Below the pieces are notes generated by a model. That model searched no databases. It saw only the letters and a list, made by a program, of their open reading frames with translations, and was not told the origin of the DNA. Positions 1 to 9,364 of a DNA stretch of 64,000 nt are shown here, in pieces. Made by a program: the position numbers and the translations under genes. The stretch's first letter is position 1. Every line of letters begins with the position of its first letter. This DNA is from Candidatus Dojkabacteria bacterium (GTDB taxonomy: Bacteria > Patescibacteriota > Dojkabacteria > JAHIVN01), in contig JAFGDO010000032.1 in assembly GCA_016932045.1 (NCBI GenBank), positions 21,599 to 85,598 on the forward strand. The letters run 5' to 3'.

Positions 1-2140
1 CCTCTTTATCAGGTCTTTTGTCTTCACGCCCTTCCTTTGAATCCTGCTCTTTTACTCTTTTCATAGAAAAACTGATCTTTCCTTCGTCATCAATCCCTAT
101 AACTTTTACTTTAACCCTTTCTCCCTTTTTTACAATCTGAGAAGGATCTGAAACAAATTTGTCAGCCATTTCGCTAATATGAACCAGACCGGATATGGCT
201 GGTGTGACATCTACAAAAACCCCATATGGTGCCAAAGTGGCAACCTCCCCCTCATAGACTTTTCCTACTTCAGCTTCCTCTACAATGCTATTTATCATCT
301 CCAGAGCCTTCTCTTTTGCCTCCATATCAACAGCTGCTACATGCACTAAACCGTCATCCTTAATATCAATTTCAACACCGGTTTTTTCAATTATATCTTT
401 AATTACCTTACCTTGTGGACCAATAACATCTGCTATCTTTTCAGGATCAATCTTTACGGTTGTAATCTTAGGTGCATATTTGGATAGTTCTTTTCTTGGT
501 TCAGGAAGAACAGCCAACATCTTTTCTAGAACAAAAAGTCTTCCGATTTTTGCCTTTTCAAGAGCTTCCTTTAAAATCCCTACCTTTATTCCATTTAATT
601 TGTTGTCCATCTGTATTGCTGTAACACCTTCCTTTGTACCTGTTACCTTGAAATCCATATCACCATAAAAATCTTCTAGATCCTGCATGTCTGTAAGCAA
701 GGCATATTTCTTCATATCGTCGCTAGTTACAAGCCCAATTGCAATCCCAGCTACTGGACTTTTTATAGGTACTCCAGCGTCCATAAGGGCAAGTGTAGCG
801 CCGCAGGTTGATGCCATAGAGCTAGATCCTTGCTGTGACAGGATTTCAGATACTACCCTAATAGTATAAGGGAATTGTTCCTCTGAAGGCATCATCGGTC
901 GTAAAGCTTTTTCAGCCAAGGCTCCGTGTCCAATCTCTCTTCTTCCCGGATAGTAGTTGTACCTGCCAGCCTCACCCAAGGAAAAGCTCTGGCCATTATA
1001 ATGATGCATAAATCTCTTTGTTTCTTCACCTTCAAAACTTTCTAGAGTTTGCTCAAGCCTTGTTGATGCAAGAGTGACAATTGAAAGAGCTTGAGTTATA
1101 CCTCGTGCAAAAAAAGCACTACCATGGGTTCTGGGAAGTATTCCTACTCTACAATCGATTTCACGAATCTCGTCAAATTCTCTACCACTAGGTCTTTTAT
1201 TCTTATCTAGCACACCTTCTCTTACCTTTCCCTTAATTATCTTCTCTACAAGACCTGCAACTTCGGCCTTTGAATACTCACCCTCTTTCTCTTGAGTAAA
1301 TTCTTCCACAATCTTGGCTATCGCTTCACTACGTCTCTCACCTGGGATATTCCCTTTGAGTTCATAAATTGTATTCTCAAAATCCTTATCATATTTACTT
1401 GTAAGCTTCTTCACCAAGTCTTCATTTACCTCTTTTTTCTCGTAAGGAACTTTTTCAATTTTGATTTCTTTTATTACCTCCTTCTGGAACTTTATAAGAT
1501 CTGGGAAATTAGAAATTGCAAAGTCAAATACCTCTGCAATTTTTTCCTCAGTAACTTCATTTGCTCCGGCATCGATCATCATAATATCCTCGCCCTTACC
1601 TGATACTACAAAATCAAGATCACTTTTTTCTAGATCACCATTCCCCGGATTAAGTAGAAACTTCCCATCCTTTAAGCCAACCCGGATCCCTGCAATCGGA
1701 CCATTAAAAGGTACTCCACTTATACACATGGCCAGGGAAGCCGCATTAATACCTAGTATAGCAGGATCGTTCTCATCGTCATAAGAAAGAACGGTGACAA
1801 CCACTTGAACTTCCCTTCTAAAATCTTCCGGGAATAAGGGACGAAGAGAACGGTCAATCATTCTTGCTTTCAGAATAGCTTCCTCTGAAGGAAATCTTTC
1901 TCTTTTTATAAAACGTGAACCCGAAATAATCCCTCCAGCATAGAATTTTTCAATAAATTCCACTCCAAGTGGAAAGTAATCTTTATCAGTACTTTCTGAA
2001 GAAACTGTAACTGTCGTCAAGACAACAGTTTCACCCATTGAAGCCACTATTGCAGCTTTAGCGCGTGGAGCAAATTCGCCAATTTCGAAAGAAATCTTTC
2101 GATCCCCGTAGTTGCATGACTTTACTATTTTGTTTTCCAT
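1..2140 (-). CDS. pnp: Polynucleotide phosphorylase (PNPase), partial. The window edge cuts the extreme C-terminus; no stop reached at position 1
   Basis: Minus-strand translation from ATG (plus 2138-2140) gives MENKIVKSCNYGDRKISFEIGEFAPRAKAAIVASMGETVVLTTV...RSLRPLFPEDFRREVQVVV, the typical PNPase RNase-PH N-terminus. The reading frame stays open to coordinate 2 and has an S1-like basic tail. Plus-strand ORFs in this region are antisense artefacts. It is absent from the ORF track because it is edge-truncated. Confidence 0.9.
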   Translation of the reverse strand, partial: MENKIVKSCNYGDRKISFEIGEFAPRAKAAIVASMGETVVLTTVTVSSESTDKDYFPLGVEFIEKFYAGGIISGSRFIKRERFPSEEAILKARMIDRSLRPLFPEDFRREVQVVVTVLSYDDENDPAILGINAASLAMCISGVPFNGPIAGIRVGLKDGKFLLNPGNGDLEKSDLDFVVSGKGEDIMMIDAGANEVTEEKIAEVFDFAISNFPDLIKFQKEVIKEIKIEKVPYEKKEVNEDLVKKLTSKYDKDFENTIYELKGNIPGERRSEAIAKIVEEFTQEKEGEYSKAEVAGLVEKIIKGKVREGVLDKNKRPSGREFDEIREIDCRVGILPRTHGSAFFARGITQALSIVTLASTRLEQTLESFEGEETKRFMHHYNGQSFSLGEAGRYNYYPGRREIGHGALAEKALRPMMPSEEQFPYTIRVVSEILSQQGSSSMASTCGATLALMDAGVPIKSPVAGIAIGLVTSDDMKKYALLTDMQDLEDFYGDMDFKVTGTKEGVTAIQMDNKLNGIKVGILKEALEKAKIGRLFVLEKMLAVLPEPRKELSKYAPKITTVKIDPEKIADVIGPQGKVIKDIIEKTGVEIDIKDDGLVHVAAVDMEAKEKALEMINSIVEEAEVGKVYEGEVATLAPYGVFVDVTPAISGLVHISEMADKFVSDPSQIVKKGERVKVKVIGIDDEGKISFSMKRVKEQDSKEGREDKRPDKE

Positions 2141-2426
2141 AAAATTTCTGAGCTTGGAAAAAGGAGAGGGTTAAGATACTGGAATTAGAATATAATTACT
2201 TCCAAAACTTTTTTTTCATATTCTGATTTCAATATCTAACCAACCGCGAAGCGGAAATTCTCCTTTTCTCAGCCCTCTTAAAAATTTAAATATATATTAA
2301 GTTAAACTCTATTATAACAGAAATGCTCACCGAATCAAACTTAACCCCTAAGGCTCGTAAACTCAATAAAACTTTATACGTCCTTGAAAATTTGAAAACT
2401 TTCAAAAAGCTGGTATTATCATCAAG

Positions 2427-2759
2427 TTGAATTTATCAATTTTAAACATGTCACAAGTTCGGTACAAAAAAATCTTTGAAGACACATGGAAATCTAACGA
2501 GAAACTTTTTCAAAAATTTTTTCTCCTTAACAGCGAGTATATCGACCCAAAGAATAGACAACATTTAGAGCAAGAGTTTCAAGAGGTGGGAAAGAAGGTA
2601 CAAAATCTTCTAAAGGAAGGAGAGAACGAACTTTGCCGCCATATGGAAAAAAGTGAACACAGAGTTTTTAGTTCAAAACTTGCAGATAAGTATTGGGATG
2701 AAGTTAGAAAGTATTTTAAGTATATTGATCTTGTTGGGGTTGTAACAAGAAGAGCCTAG
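2427..2759 (+). CDS. hypothetical small protein (110 aa)
   Basis: Intact ORF in an intergenic position between pnp and the dipeptidase gene; no recognisable motif. Confidence 0.35.
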   Translation: MNLSILNMSQVRYKKIFEDTWKSNEKLFQKFFLLNSEYIDPKNRQHLEQEFQEVGKKVQNLLKEGENELCRHMEKSEHRVFSSKLADKYWDEVRKYFKYIDLVGVVTRRA

Positions 2760-2770
2760 CTTTTTTATCG

Positions 2771-3727
2771 TTAAAGTGAATTCCGCAATACCCTCAACCA
2801 GTTATCATACATAATCTTCTTTACCTCTTCTCTTGAGCATTTCGTTAGCAGGAAATCTTTTAGTGACTTCATAATGAGAATATCTTTATGATCACCAATA
2901 AACGGATACTCCGGCAATGGATAAATATCTGAACTAAAAGCAACATAGTTATCTCCCCACTTTCCTGCAATATACTCAACATGCCGGTAGAGATCTTCAA
3001 AAGTCCCTTTCCCACCTGTATCCGCAACAATAGGAAAAAGGGATACAACTCCATCTCTTTCAACAATAATATTGATTTCATCATCTGTCAGATTGTGATT
3101 CTTATCACAAACCTTTCTCACATTACTGTGTGTTGACACAATCGTTCCCTTGAAGTATCTATCAAGGTCTTTTACAGAATTTTCACTTAAATGAGCAATA
3201 TCAAGGATCAATCGCCTCTCGTTCATTTTCTTTACCAAAAGTTTTCCCTTAACGGTTAGCCCTTCATCTTCTTCTACTTTTCTTGCGTAAGCATAATCAT
3301 TGACATAATCCCAAGTAAAACCAAATACTCTTACTCCAAGATTATAAAATTCATCAAAATCCTCAAGTGTTCTGAAACATTCAAAGCCCTCAATAGAGTA
3401 AATGAAACCGATGCATTCTTCTGATTTGTTTTCCAAATCATCTTTTGAACTTATCCTATGTAACTTATCTGTCTTTCTGAGAATTTTCTGGTAAAAATCA
3501 TAAAAACCCTTCACACCGTCATAGAAGGTAGTCTTCAAAAGGCTTTTATCAAAGTAGAGGCTAAAACCAACTATATCAATATCTGCATCTTGCAGTTTCT
3601 TAAGTGTTACGGGCGCATCACTCTTCTCGTCCAGAAAGTCTGTATATTTATAGTTAAAACAAGCATACATGTCTGGTATATCAACATGAGCATCGACAAT
3701 TTTTATCCTATCCTTTTGAGAATTCAT
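2771..3727 (-). CDS. membrane dipeptidase-like (peptidase M19 family) metallo-hydrolase
   Basis: 318 aa ORF with an HVDIP start motif, an internal DIAH...STHSN motif and amidohydrolase-fold metal-ligand spacing typical of M19 dipeptidases. Recognised by motif memory, not by search. Confidence 0.6.
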   Translation of the reverse strand: MNSQKDRIKIVDAHVDIPDMYACFNYKYTDFLDEKSDAPVTLKKLQDADIDIVGFSLYFDKSLLKTTFYDGVKGFYDFYQKILRKTDKLHRISSKDDLENKSEECIGFIYSIEGFECFRTLEDFDEFYNLGVRVFGFTWDYVNDYAYARKVEEDEGLTVKGKLLVKKMNERRLILDIAHLSENSVKDLDRYFKGTIVSTHSNVRKVCDKNHNLTDDEINIIVERDGVVSLFPIVADTGGKGTFEDLYRHVEYIAGKWGDNYVAFSSDIYPLPEYPFIGDHKDILIMKSLKDFLLTKCSREEVKKIMYDNWLRVLRNSL

Positions 3728-3827
3728 AATAGGGTATTATATATAAGTGCAAGAGTAAAAAACAAACTATTTTAATATTTAATCAAAAGAACTTTACCTT
3801 GCGATTTTTTAAAAGACATTACTAATT

Positions 3828-4643
3828 TTATTTATCTAATGCATTCTCAATAAAATCTCTTAAAAATTCCCGATATTCTTTCTGTAATTTCTCGAAATTT
3901 CCAATCTTTCTTTTTAGTATCTTATTATACTTATAGGTAAATCGCGGTTTGCCATTATTAAATTCCTTAACCGGTTGATCCAGTAATACGTTCATCATTG
4001 CCTTTGATTCCAGTTCTGTATCTTCATATATCTTCCTAATTGGAGAGTATATTTTATATGGAATATTATATGAGACTATATTATTTAAACCCTTTATCTC
4101 CGATGCAAATGGATAGAATTCTACTCTAACACCCAGTTTAATGCTATCCACCTCAAAGCCCTGATCTTCCGCCACAATCACATACAATAGTTTTTCTTTT
4201 CTTAATTCTAGACACTTAAGTACACTTAAAATTAATTCTATGGATATTCGTGCAGTATTCCCTTGTCCAATCTCATCATCCACAAATAAAATTTCTTCAA
4301 CTCTAGAAATTCTATTAAGTTGCCTTTTCAATTCCGGTATTAGATGGTCATTATCAAATTCATTTTTCTCCAATTCCTCGCTTCCAGGATAATACCTATA
4401 AATGGGGAACTTTAGAACTTGAGGAAAGGGTTTTCCCAACCTCTTATAAATAAGTTTTGTAATCTCAACCATCCCAATACCTGAATCTCCAGCTGCGATG
4501 ATTAAATCGAATTTATACTTCTTCTCATGAATAAGCCAGCAGATCTTCTCTATGTACTTCTTTAAGTGCTCTAGAGAGATCTCTCCTACCCTATTCCAAA
4601 GTTCATCTACTGAAAGATGTGAGTACTTATTATCAATATTCAT
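3828..4643 (-). CDS. phosphoribosyltransferase-like domain protein (hypothetical)
   Basis: 271 aa ORF containing ILFVDDEIGQGNTARI, which resembles the PRTase PRPP-binding loop (acidic pair followed by small residues and T). Function not assignable. Confidence 0.4.
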   Translation of the reverse strand: MNIDNKYSHLSVDELWNRVGEISLEHLKKYIEKICWLIHEKKYKFDLIIAAGDSGIGMVEITKLIYKRLGKPFPQVLKFPIYRYYPGSEELEKNEFDNDHLIPELKRQLNRISRVEEILFVDDEIGQGNTARISIELILSVLKCLELRKEKLLYVIVAEDQGFEVDSIKLGVRVEFYPFASEIKGLNNIVSYNIPYKIYSPIRKIYEDTELESKAMMNVLLDQPVKEFNNGKPRFTYKYNKILKRKIGNFEKLQKEYREFLRDFIENALDK

Positions 4644-4744
4644 AATAAGTGATTTTATTATGTTGGAGGAATAATGTCTAAAAGGATTATTTAGTACTCA
4701 TACCGAGAGAATCAAGAACAGTATTGTTGATATATCTCAGTGAA

Positions 4745-4798
4745 GGCAAGAGGACTCGTTTGTCCGCCTCGGGTGGAAACCTCGAACCAATGGCTTAA
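4745..4798 (-). other. degenerate partial duplicate of the tRNA-Lys 3' half (pseudo-tRNA fragment)
   Basis: Plus strand reads aagaggactcg...aacctcgaaccaatggcttaa. The tRNA shows gagaggactcgaacctccaaccaatggcttaaaagg about 50 bp away. It has an internal insertion, so it cannot fold as a tRNA. Confidence 0.5.
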
Positions 4799-4847
4799 TC
4801 ATAATTTAGATTAGTAAATCCTTCTTTTGTAGTGACATTTTAAGAAG

Positions 4848-4919
4848 TGAGGGCGAGAGGACTCGAACCTCCAACCAATGGCTTAAAAGGCCACTGCTCT
4901 ACCATTGAGCTACGCCCCC
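4848..4919 (-). tRNA. tRNA-Lys (anticodon UUU)
   Basis: Reverse complement reads GGGGGCGTAGCTCAATGGTAGAGCAGTGGCCTTTTAAGCCATTGGTTGGAGGTTCGAGTCCTCTCGCCCTCA. It has a 7-bp acceptor stem, GCTC/GAGC D-stem, anticodon stem GTGGC/GCCAT with loop CTTTTAA (anticodon TTT), T-arm GGAGG-TTCGAGT-CCTCT and discriminator A. No CCA is encoded. The plus-strand ORF 4847..5146 overlapping it is spurious. Confidence 0.85.
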
Positions 4920-5058
4920 ATCGTAATAAACGAATGACGAATTACGAAATAATCCAAGTATGTTTGATTTCTGCATTCGTAACTCGAAGTTTAGCTATTA
5001 TATCAAAGATCTTTGGGATTATAAATCGCAGGACTATAAAAATCAATCCTCTATACAA

Positions 5059-5442
5059 TCACTTCCTCCTCAAATTCCTTACCAACGTTATTGCAATTAT
5101 TAGGGCGAATACAGCAAGAACTGCTCCTACTGCTATTATTAGCTGAGGATTCTGCTTAAATACCGTCAGATTAACCTCTTTATTTACTAATGGTATTGTA
5201 AGCATTAAAGGCGAATCTGTGTCGTAAGTTTCAATTTTCAGGCTCTTGAGAACCAGAGAAAATGTCTCATCAACAGGCTTTCTGTCTGGATTGAGAAGGT
5301 AACTAATGGTAGAGGGAATCAAGATAAACAACCCCAGTATACAAGCAATTACAAAAAGTTGTTTGCAATTCACCTGGATAGACGGACGAAAAGAAACTTT
5401 TTTCTTGGAAGGTTTTTTATCTTTATCGGGCATGTAAATCAA
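5059..5442 (-). CDS. hypothetical membrane protein (two predicted TM segments)
   Basis: 127 aa ORF with a Lys-rich N-terminus and hydrophobic stretches (LFVIACILGLFILIP; IIAVGAVLAVFALIIAI). Confidence 0.4.
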   Translation of the reverse strand: MIYMPDKDKKPSKKKVSFRPSIQVNCKQLFVIACILGLFILIPSTISYLLNPDRKPVDETFSLVLKSLKIETYDTDSPLMLTIPLVNKEVNLTVFKQNPQLIIAVGAVLAVFALIIAITLVRNLRRK

Positions 5443-5611
5443 TAATCAATTAACAATGATCAACCTTCAATTATCCAATTATTCAAAGATACAAAGGTTC
5501 AATGATATAAAGATAGAAGGTATGAAATAACCATCCGACTATCCAGCTATCTAGCTATTTTTGTTTAGTACTTATTAAGAATAGTTTTATCTATTTCTTT
5601 CCATCTCTCCC

Positions 5612-6679
5612 TTATAGACAGTAGTCCTGATTCTTATTTATATAACATCTCTGATTGTTTGTCTGTTCTTCGAGAGTCTTCGCATAGTGTACGTTGCCTT
5701 CCTCATCATGAAGGTAATAAAAGTAATCATTTGCCTTGGGATTTAATACTGCCTTTATCGAATCCAGCCTTGGATTGCATATAGGTGTTGGAATAAGCCC
5801 AACATTTTTGTATGTATTGTAAGGAGACTCTTTCTCTTTCAACTCCTTCGTTACAACAGCCTCCCAGTCTTTGAGCTCGTAAAGCAACGTCGCATCTGCT
5901 TGCAAGAGTCTCACACCATCCATATCACCATTCAATCTTCTCTGCAATATATCCGATATCATATATCTCTCCTCGCTCGTTCGTGCCTCCCTTTCTATGA
6001 TTGATGCAAGTATTATAACCTCATAGGCACTAAGATTTTTATGAGACTCTAAATTTATTTTCTCCGACTTTATTTTATTTTCAAATGTTATAAGCAAGAA
6101 TTTAACTAGCTCTTCAGCCGTTATATCTTTTTTCACATTGTATGTATCTGGAAATAGAAAGCCTTCTATACTCTTTCCTTCTGACTTATAATCCAGTATT
6201 TCGACATCAAGATCATAATCGTCAGGATTCCGACAAATGTCCAAAAAGGTCTCCTTATCAAACTTGGTATTATCTTCTTTTAAGAAATACTCGTCCAATA
6301 TTTCTGCTATTTCATCGTATCTCAAACCTTCCTGTATAGTAATCCAAACATCATTTCCCGCTGCTCTCTGGATAAATTCTGCAACTTCGATTACCGTAAG
6401 GTTTTGAGGTATCTTAAATTTACCAGCCTGTATCTTAGGAGCAAGTTGATTAATTTTTATATAAAAATAGAATACATCAGAACTCTTTATGACACCTGCT
6501 GTTTGTAGTTTAACGGCTATATCTTTAACAGCCTCTCCCTGTTCGATCTCAACTTCTACAATACTAGAAGAATCACTTGTCTGAGTGTTTATCTGTTTGT
6601 TGTACCAAACATAGGCCCCCCCAGCAAGAATTGCAGCAATTACAATTAAAACTACTATTATTATAAATATCTTTTTCAT
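5612..6679 (-). CDS. mltG: endolytic murein transglycosylase MltG (YceG-like)
   Basis: 355 aa with an N-terminal TM segment plus motifs GFLFPDTY, ASIIEREA, LQADATLLY and PYNTY..GLIPTPICNP, all characteristic of the YceG/MltG family. Confidence 0.85.
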   Translation of the reverse strand: MKKIFIIIVVLIVIAAILAGGAYVWYNKQINTQTSDSSSIVEVEIEQGEAVKDIAVKLQTAGVIKSSDVFYFYIKINQLAPKIQAGKFKIPQNLTVIEVAEFIQRAAGNDVWITIQEGLRYDEIAEILDEYFLKEDNTKFDKETFLDICRNPDDYDLDVEILDYKSEGKSIEGFLFPDTYNVKKDITAEELVKFLLITFENKIKSEKINLESHKNLSAYEVIILASIIEREARTSEERYMISDILQRRLNGDMDGVRLLQADATLLYELKDWEAVVTKELKEKESPYNTYKNVGLIPTPICNPRLDSIKAVLNPKANDYFYYLHDEEGNVHYAKTLEEQTNNQRCYINKNQDYCL

Positions 6680-6752
6680 GCTTTTTTGTTCGTCGAATTT
6701 AAATTTTATAGGCCGATTTTATTATTAACTGAAGTCTTAGTCAATAGAACCC

Positions 6753-7214
6753 TCATTTTAGGAACGCGCTATATTGTGGCAAAAAAGATGTACTTACCCT
6801 TGCATCCTCTTTCCTTATTTCTCTAGAATCCAAATACTCCTGTAATATTATTCTAGCTGATTCACTATCAATATTTTTGGGGTTATTTCTTTTCCTCCTT
6901 TCATATTGCCTAGCCTGTACTGTTGAGAAAGCTTCGTTCCAGAACTCAACTTCTGCTCCATTTGTTGACTCAAGAGTTCTTGCAAAGTATCTTGTTTGAA
7001 TTGATTGCTGAGTTTCTTCATTTTTCGAGCCGAGAGGCAGACCAACAACCACAATATCAATATTTTGTGTTCTCACAATCCTATGTATCTTTGAGACTGC
7101 ATCTGCAAGCGATTTCACTTTTAGAGCTGAAATAGCCATAGCTATTATGCCGGTTTCATCAGATATTGCTAAACCTATTCTTTTTTCTCCATAATCTATT
7201 CCCAAATATTTCAT
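6753..7214 (-). CDS. ruvX: Holliday-junction resolvase-like nuclease RuvX/YqgF
   Basis: 153 aa with the N-terminal GIDYGEKRIGLAISD motif and IDIVVVGLP, typical of YqgF/RuvX. Confidence 0.85.
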   Translation of the reverse strand: MKYLGIDYGEKRIGLAISDETGIIAMAISALKVKSLADAVSKIHRIVRTQNIDIVVVGLPLGSKNEETQQSIQTRYFARTLESTNGAEVEFWNEAFSTVQARQYERRKRNNPKNIDSESARIILQEYLDSREIRKEDARVSTSFLPQYSAFLK

Positions 7215-7443
7215 TGATTTACAAAAAGGCTTGAATTAATAATGAAATACTCAACAAGTTAGCTAATTATAACATTATATATTTCCGTTTGTAAGTTTTT
7301 TTCTTGAGAAGCAACGTTTAATATATAAAAGCTTATATACTAGTTGCTAGTCAAAAACTAGTATATATACCCTTGTTGACTGATGTTTCTTATGCTATAT
7401 TTTATGTAATTATTATAATCTATAAAAGAAAGGAGTTTATCCT

Positions 7444-7713
7444 ATGACTGACCTTAAAGTCGAAAAAAAAGACGGCAGACTCGAGAGTTTTGATAGGAAC
7501 AAAGTAGTAAGCAGCGCCACTAAAGCTGGAGCCAGTAACGAACAGAGTGAAAGCATAGCTTCTCAAATTGAAACATGGGCCTACGAAACAGCCGTTGACA
7601 GTGTAATTAAAACAAGTAGCATTCGGGAAAAGGTACTAGAGTTACTACGTCCGATGAACCCACAAGCTGCAACCGCCTTTGAAACATACATAAAAGAAAA
7701 AAATCAGCAATAA
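7444..7713 (+). CDS. ATP-cone domain protein (stand-alone)
   Basis: 89 aa containing KKDGRLESFDRNKVV, the ATP-cone signature seen in NrdR and RNR N-termini. An upstream TTGACT...TATATT looks promoter-like. Confidence 0.55.
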   Translation: MTDLKVEKKDGRLESFDRNKVVSSATKAGASNEQSESIASQIETWAYETAVDSVIKTSSIREKVLELLRPMNPQAATAFETYIKEKNQQ

Positions 7714-7842
7714 TATATAAAAGGATATTTTGCTCTCTGATTAGATTTATATGACTTTGGAATACTGCCTAACAAAATGAAGACAGCATACATTTTCAAA
7801 GAATAATTATAGAATTGTTATGCTATATCATAAGCAAAAAAC

Positions 7843-8001
7843 ATGAAAGAATTTCTAAAGAAAAATTGGACCCTAATAATAGTACTTCTATACTTTATCG
7901 CACCCGATCTCATTCCAGGATTATTTGATGATGTTGGACTATTGGTTGTAGAAAGAATTCTCCACTCATTTTTCAGCAAAAGAACAGAACAGGAAAAATA
8001 A
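7843..8001 (+). CDS. small membrane protein, DUF1232/YkvA-like (52 aa). It is below the ORF-track length cutoff
   Basis: Hand translation gives MKEFLKKNWTLIIVLLYFIAPDLIPGLFDDVGLLVVERILHSFFSKRTEQEK. The PxDLIPxxxDDxGLL pattern matches DUF1232. The stop TAA at 7999-8001 was verified by codon counting. Confidence 0.5.
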   Translation: MKEFLKKNWTLIIVLLYFIAPDLIPGLFDDVGLLVVERILHSFFSKRTEQEK

Positions 8002-8625
8002 AACTACCCCCAACAATTTGTGATTAAATGTCCAAAGCCGTATCTACTGCTCCTTTGGTCAACATTAATATCATAAATTACTTCACCCACTAACACAGAG
8101 AAGTACTCGCCAAACATGCGGTAATCCATGCGATCCATAGGTGTCCTTCCTAGATTTATTGTCTAAATCCCTCCCGCTAGAAATTTCCATCCCAAAAACT
8201 AATGAGTATTTGAGAATCTAATCGCAGAGGAACATTACATCTATATAGTCCAAGAAAAAGAATTTATAACATAAATAAAGATCGGAATACTAATACACTC
8301 TCATTCTATCATGCCCTTCCGATAAATCCCTCAATGCTCCTAGTCCTGTTAAAATTCAGCATTGCAATTTCCATACAAACATTTAGAATATTAGTACCTA
8401 TTATGCCTTTACATCTCAAAGGGAAAAGACTCGGAAAAATGTATGTAGAACAACAATGGATTTATCCGAAGTGACTCAAAATGTTACGTATTCCGGCTAA
8501 TTGTCGCCAAACCGTAACATCCGGTTATTTAAAGTGCCTTACTAATGAATTTAGTCCGAAAAAACATACTCCTAAGTAAAATCTTAATAGCACTAATCGA
8601 CTATATCACTTTTTAGATTTGATCA

Positions 8626-9126
8626 ATGTCCAAAACACCCTCCAAGTTTATTGAAAGTATTATCTTTTTATCAAAAAGGCTAAAAAATACCACTTTTGCA
8701 TTCCGGGGAACTACCAGTCTTGTTATTCAGGGAATTGATATGAATGTAGATGACATTGACATTCTTTGCAATAAAAAAGCGGCTTCACAAGCCAATAAAT
8801 TACTTCATGACTACTGTGTAGTGAAAGTTAGCTATAAAGAGTCCGATAAATTTAAATCATACTATGGAAAGTTTAAGATCAACGGTATACAAGTTGAGGT
8901 AATGGGAGAATGGCAAATTAGAGATTCAAAGGGAAATTGGTCTGACCCATTTAACGCCTCCAAAGATACAATTACCTTTATTCAAACGAAGGGACAGCTT
9001 GTCCCAGTTACCAGAATAGAGACAGAACTTAAGATGTTTTCACTAATGGGACGGTGGAATGCTTTTCACAAGATCAAGAAGCAAGTCACACAGATGCAAG
9101 GTACAAAACAGCAAAAACTGCTCTAG
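8626..9126 (+). CDS. minimal nucleotidyltransferase-fold protein (hypothetical)
   Basis: 166 aa containing GTTSLVIQGIDMNVDDIDIL, which fits the Pol-beta-like NTase G[SG]-x(9-13)-DhDh motif. Confidence 0.4.
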   Translation: MSKTPSKFIESIIFLSKRLKNTTFAFRGTTSLVIQGIDMNVDDIDILCNKKAASQANKLLHDYCVVKVSYKESDKFKSYYGKFKINGIQVEVMGEWQIRDSKGNWSDPFNASKDTITFIQTKGQLVPVTRIETELKMFSLMGRWNAFHKIKKQVTQMQGTKQQKLL

Positions 9127-9364
9127 ATGTATAATATTCAATCTACAATCGTCAATTCTCGATTATCCAATTACTCAGAAAATACTGAAATCAATTAATA
9201 ATCACAGCATTAAAATTAACAATATGGCAGTATAATAATATAGCCCATGACGCTTAACCTTTAGCTATCAGCTTTTATGCCTGTCATTTTTTCTCGGGTT
9301 ATAACCCTTGACTTACTGACTAGTAATAATAAAATATAGTATTAATCCTTTAACAAATTAAATT

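Noticed and set aside
285-1784. Plus-strand ORFs 285..668, 687..869, 1292..1603 and 1461..1784
   Set aside because: They lie antisense to, or out of frame within, the minus-strand pnp gene, whose translation is unambiguous. Their low-complexity Ser/Ile/Phe-rich translations are typical of antisense reading of an AT-rich gene.
4847-5146. 99-aa plus-strand ORF overlapping the tRNA-Lys
   Set aside because: It starts inside the tRNA gene on the opposite strand and has no support; the region is better explained by the tRNA plus the spacer.
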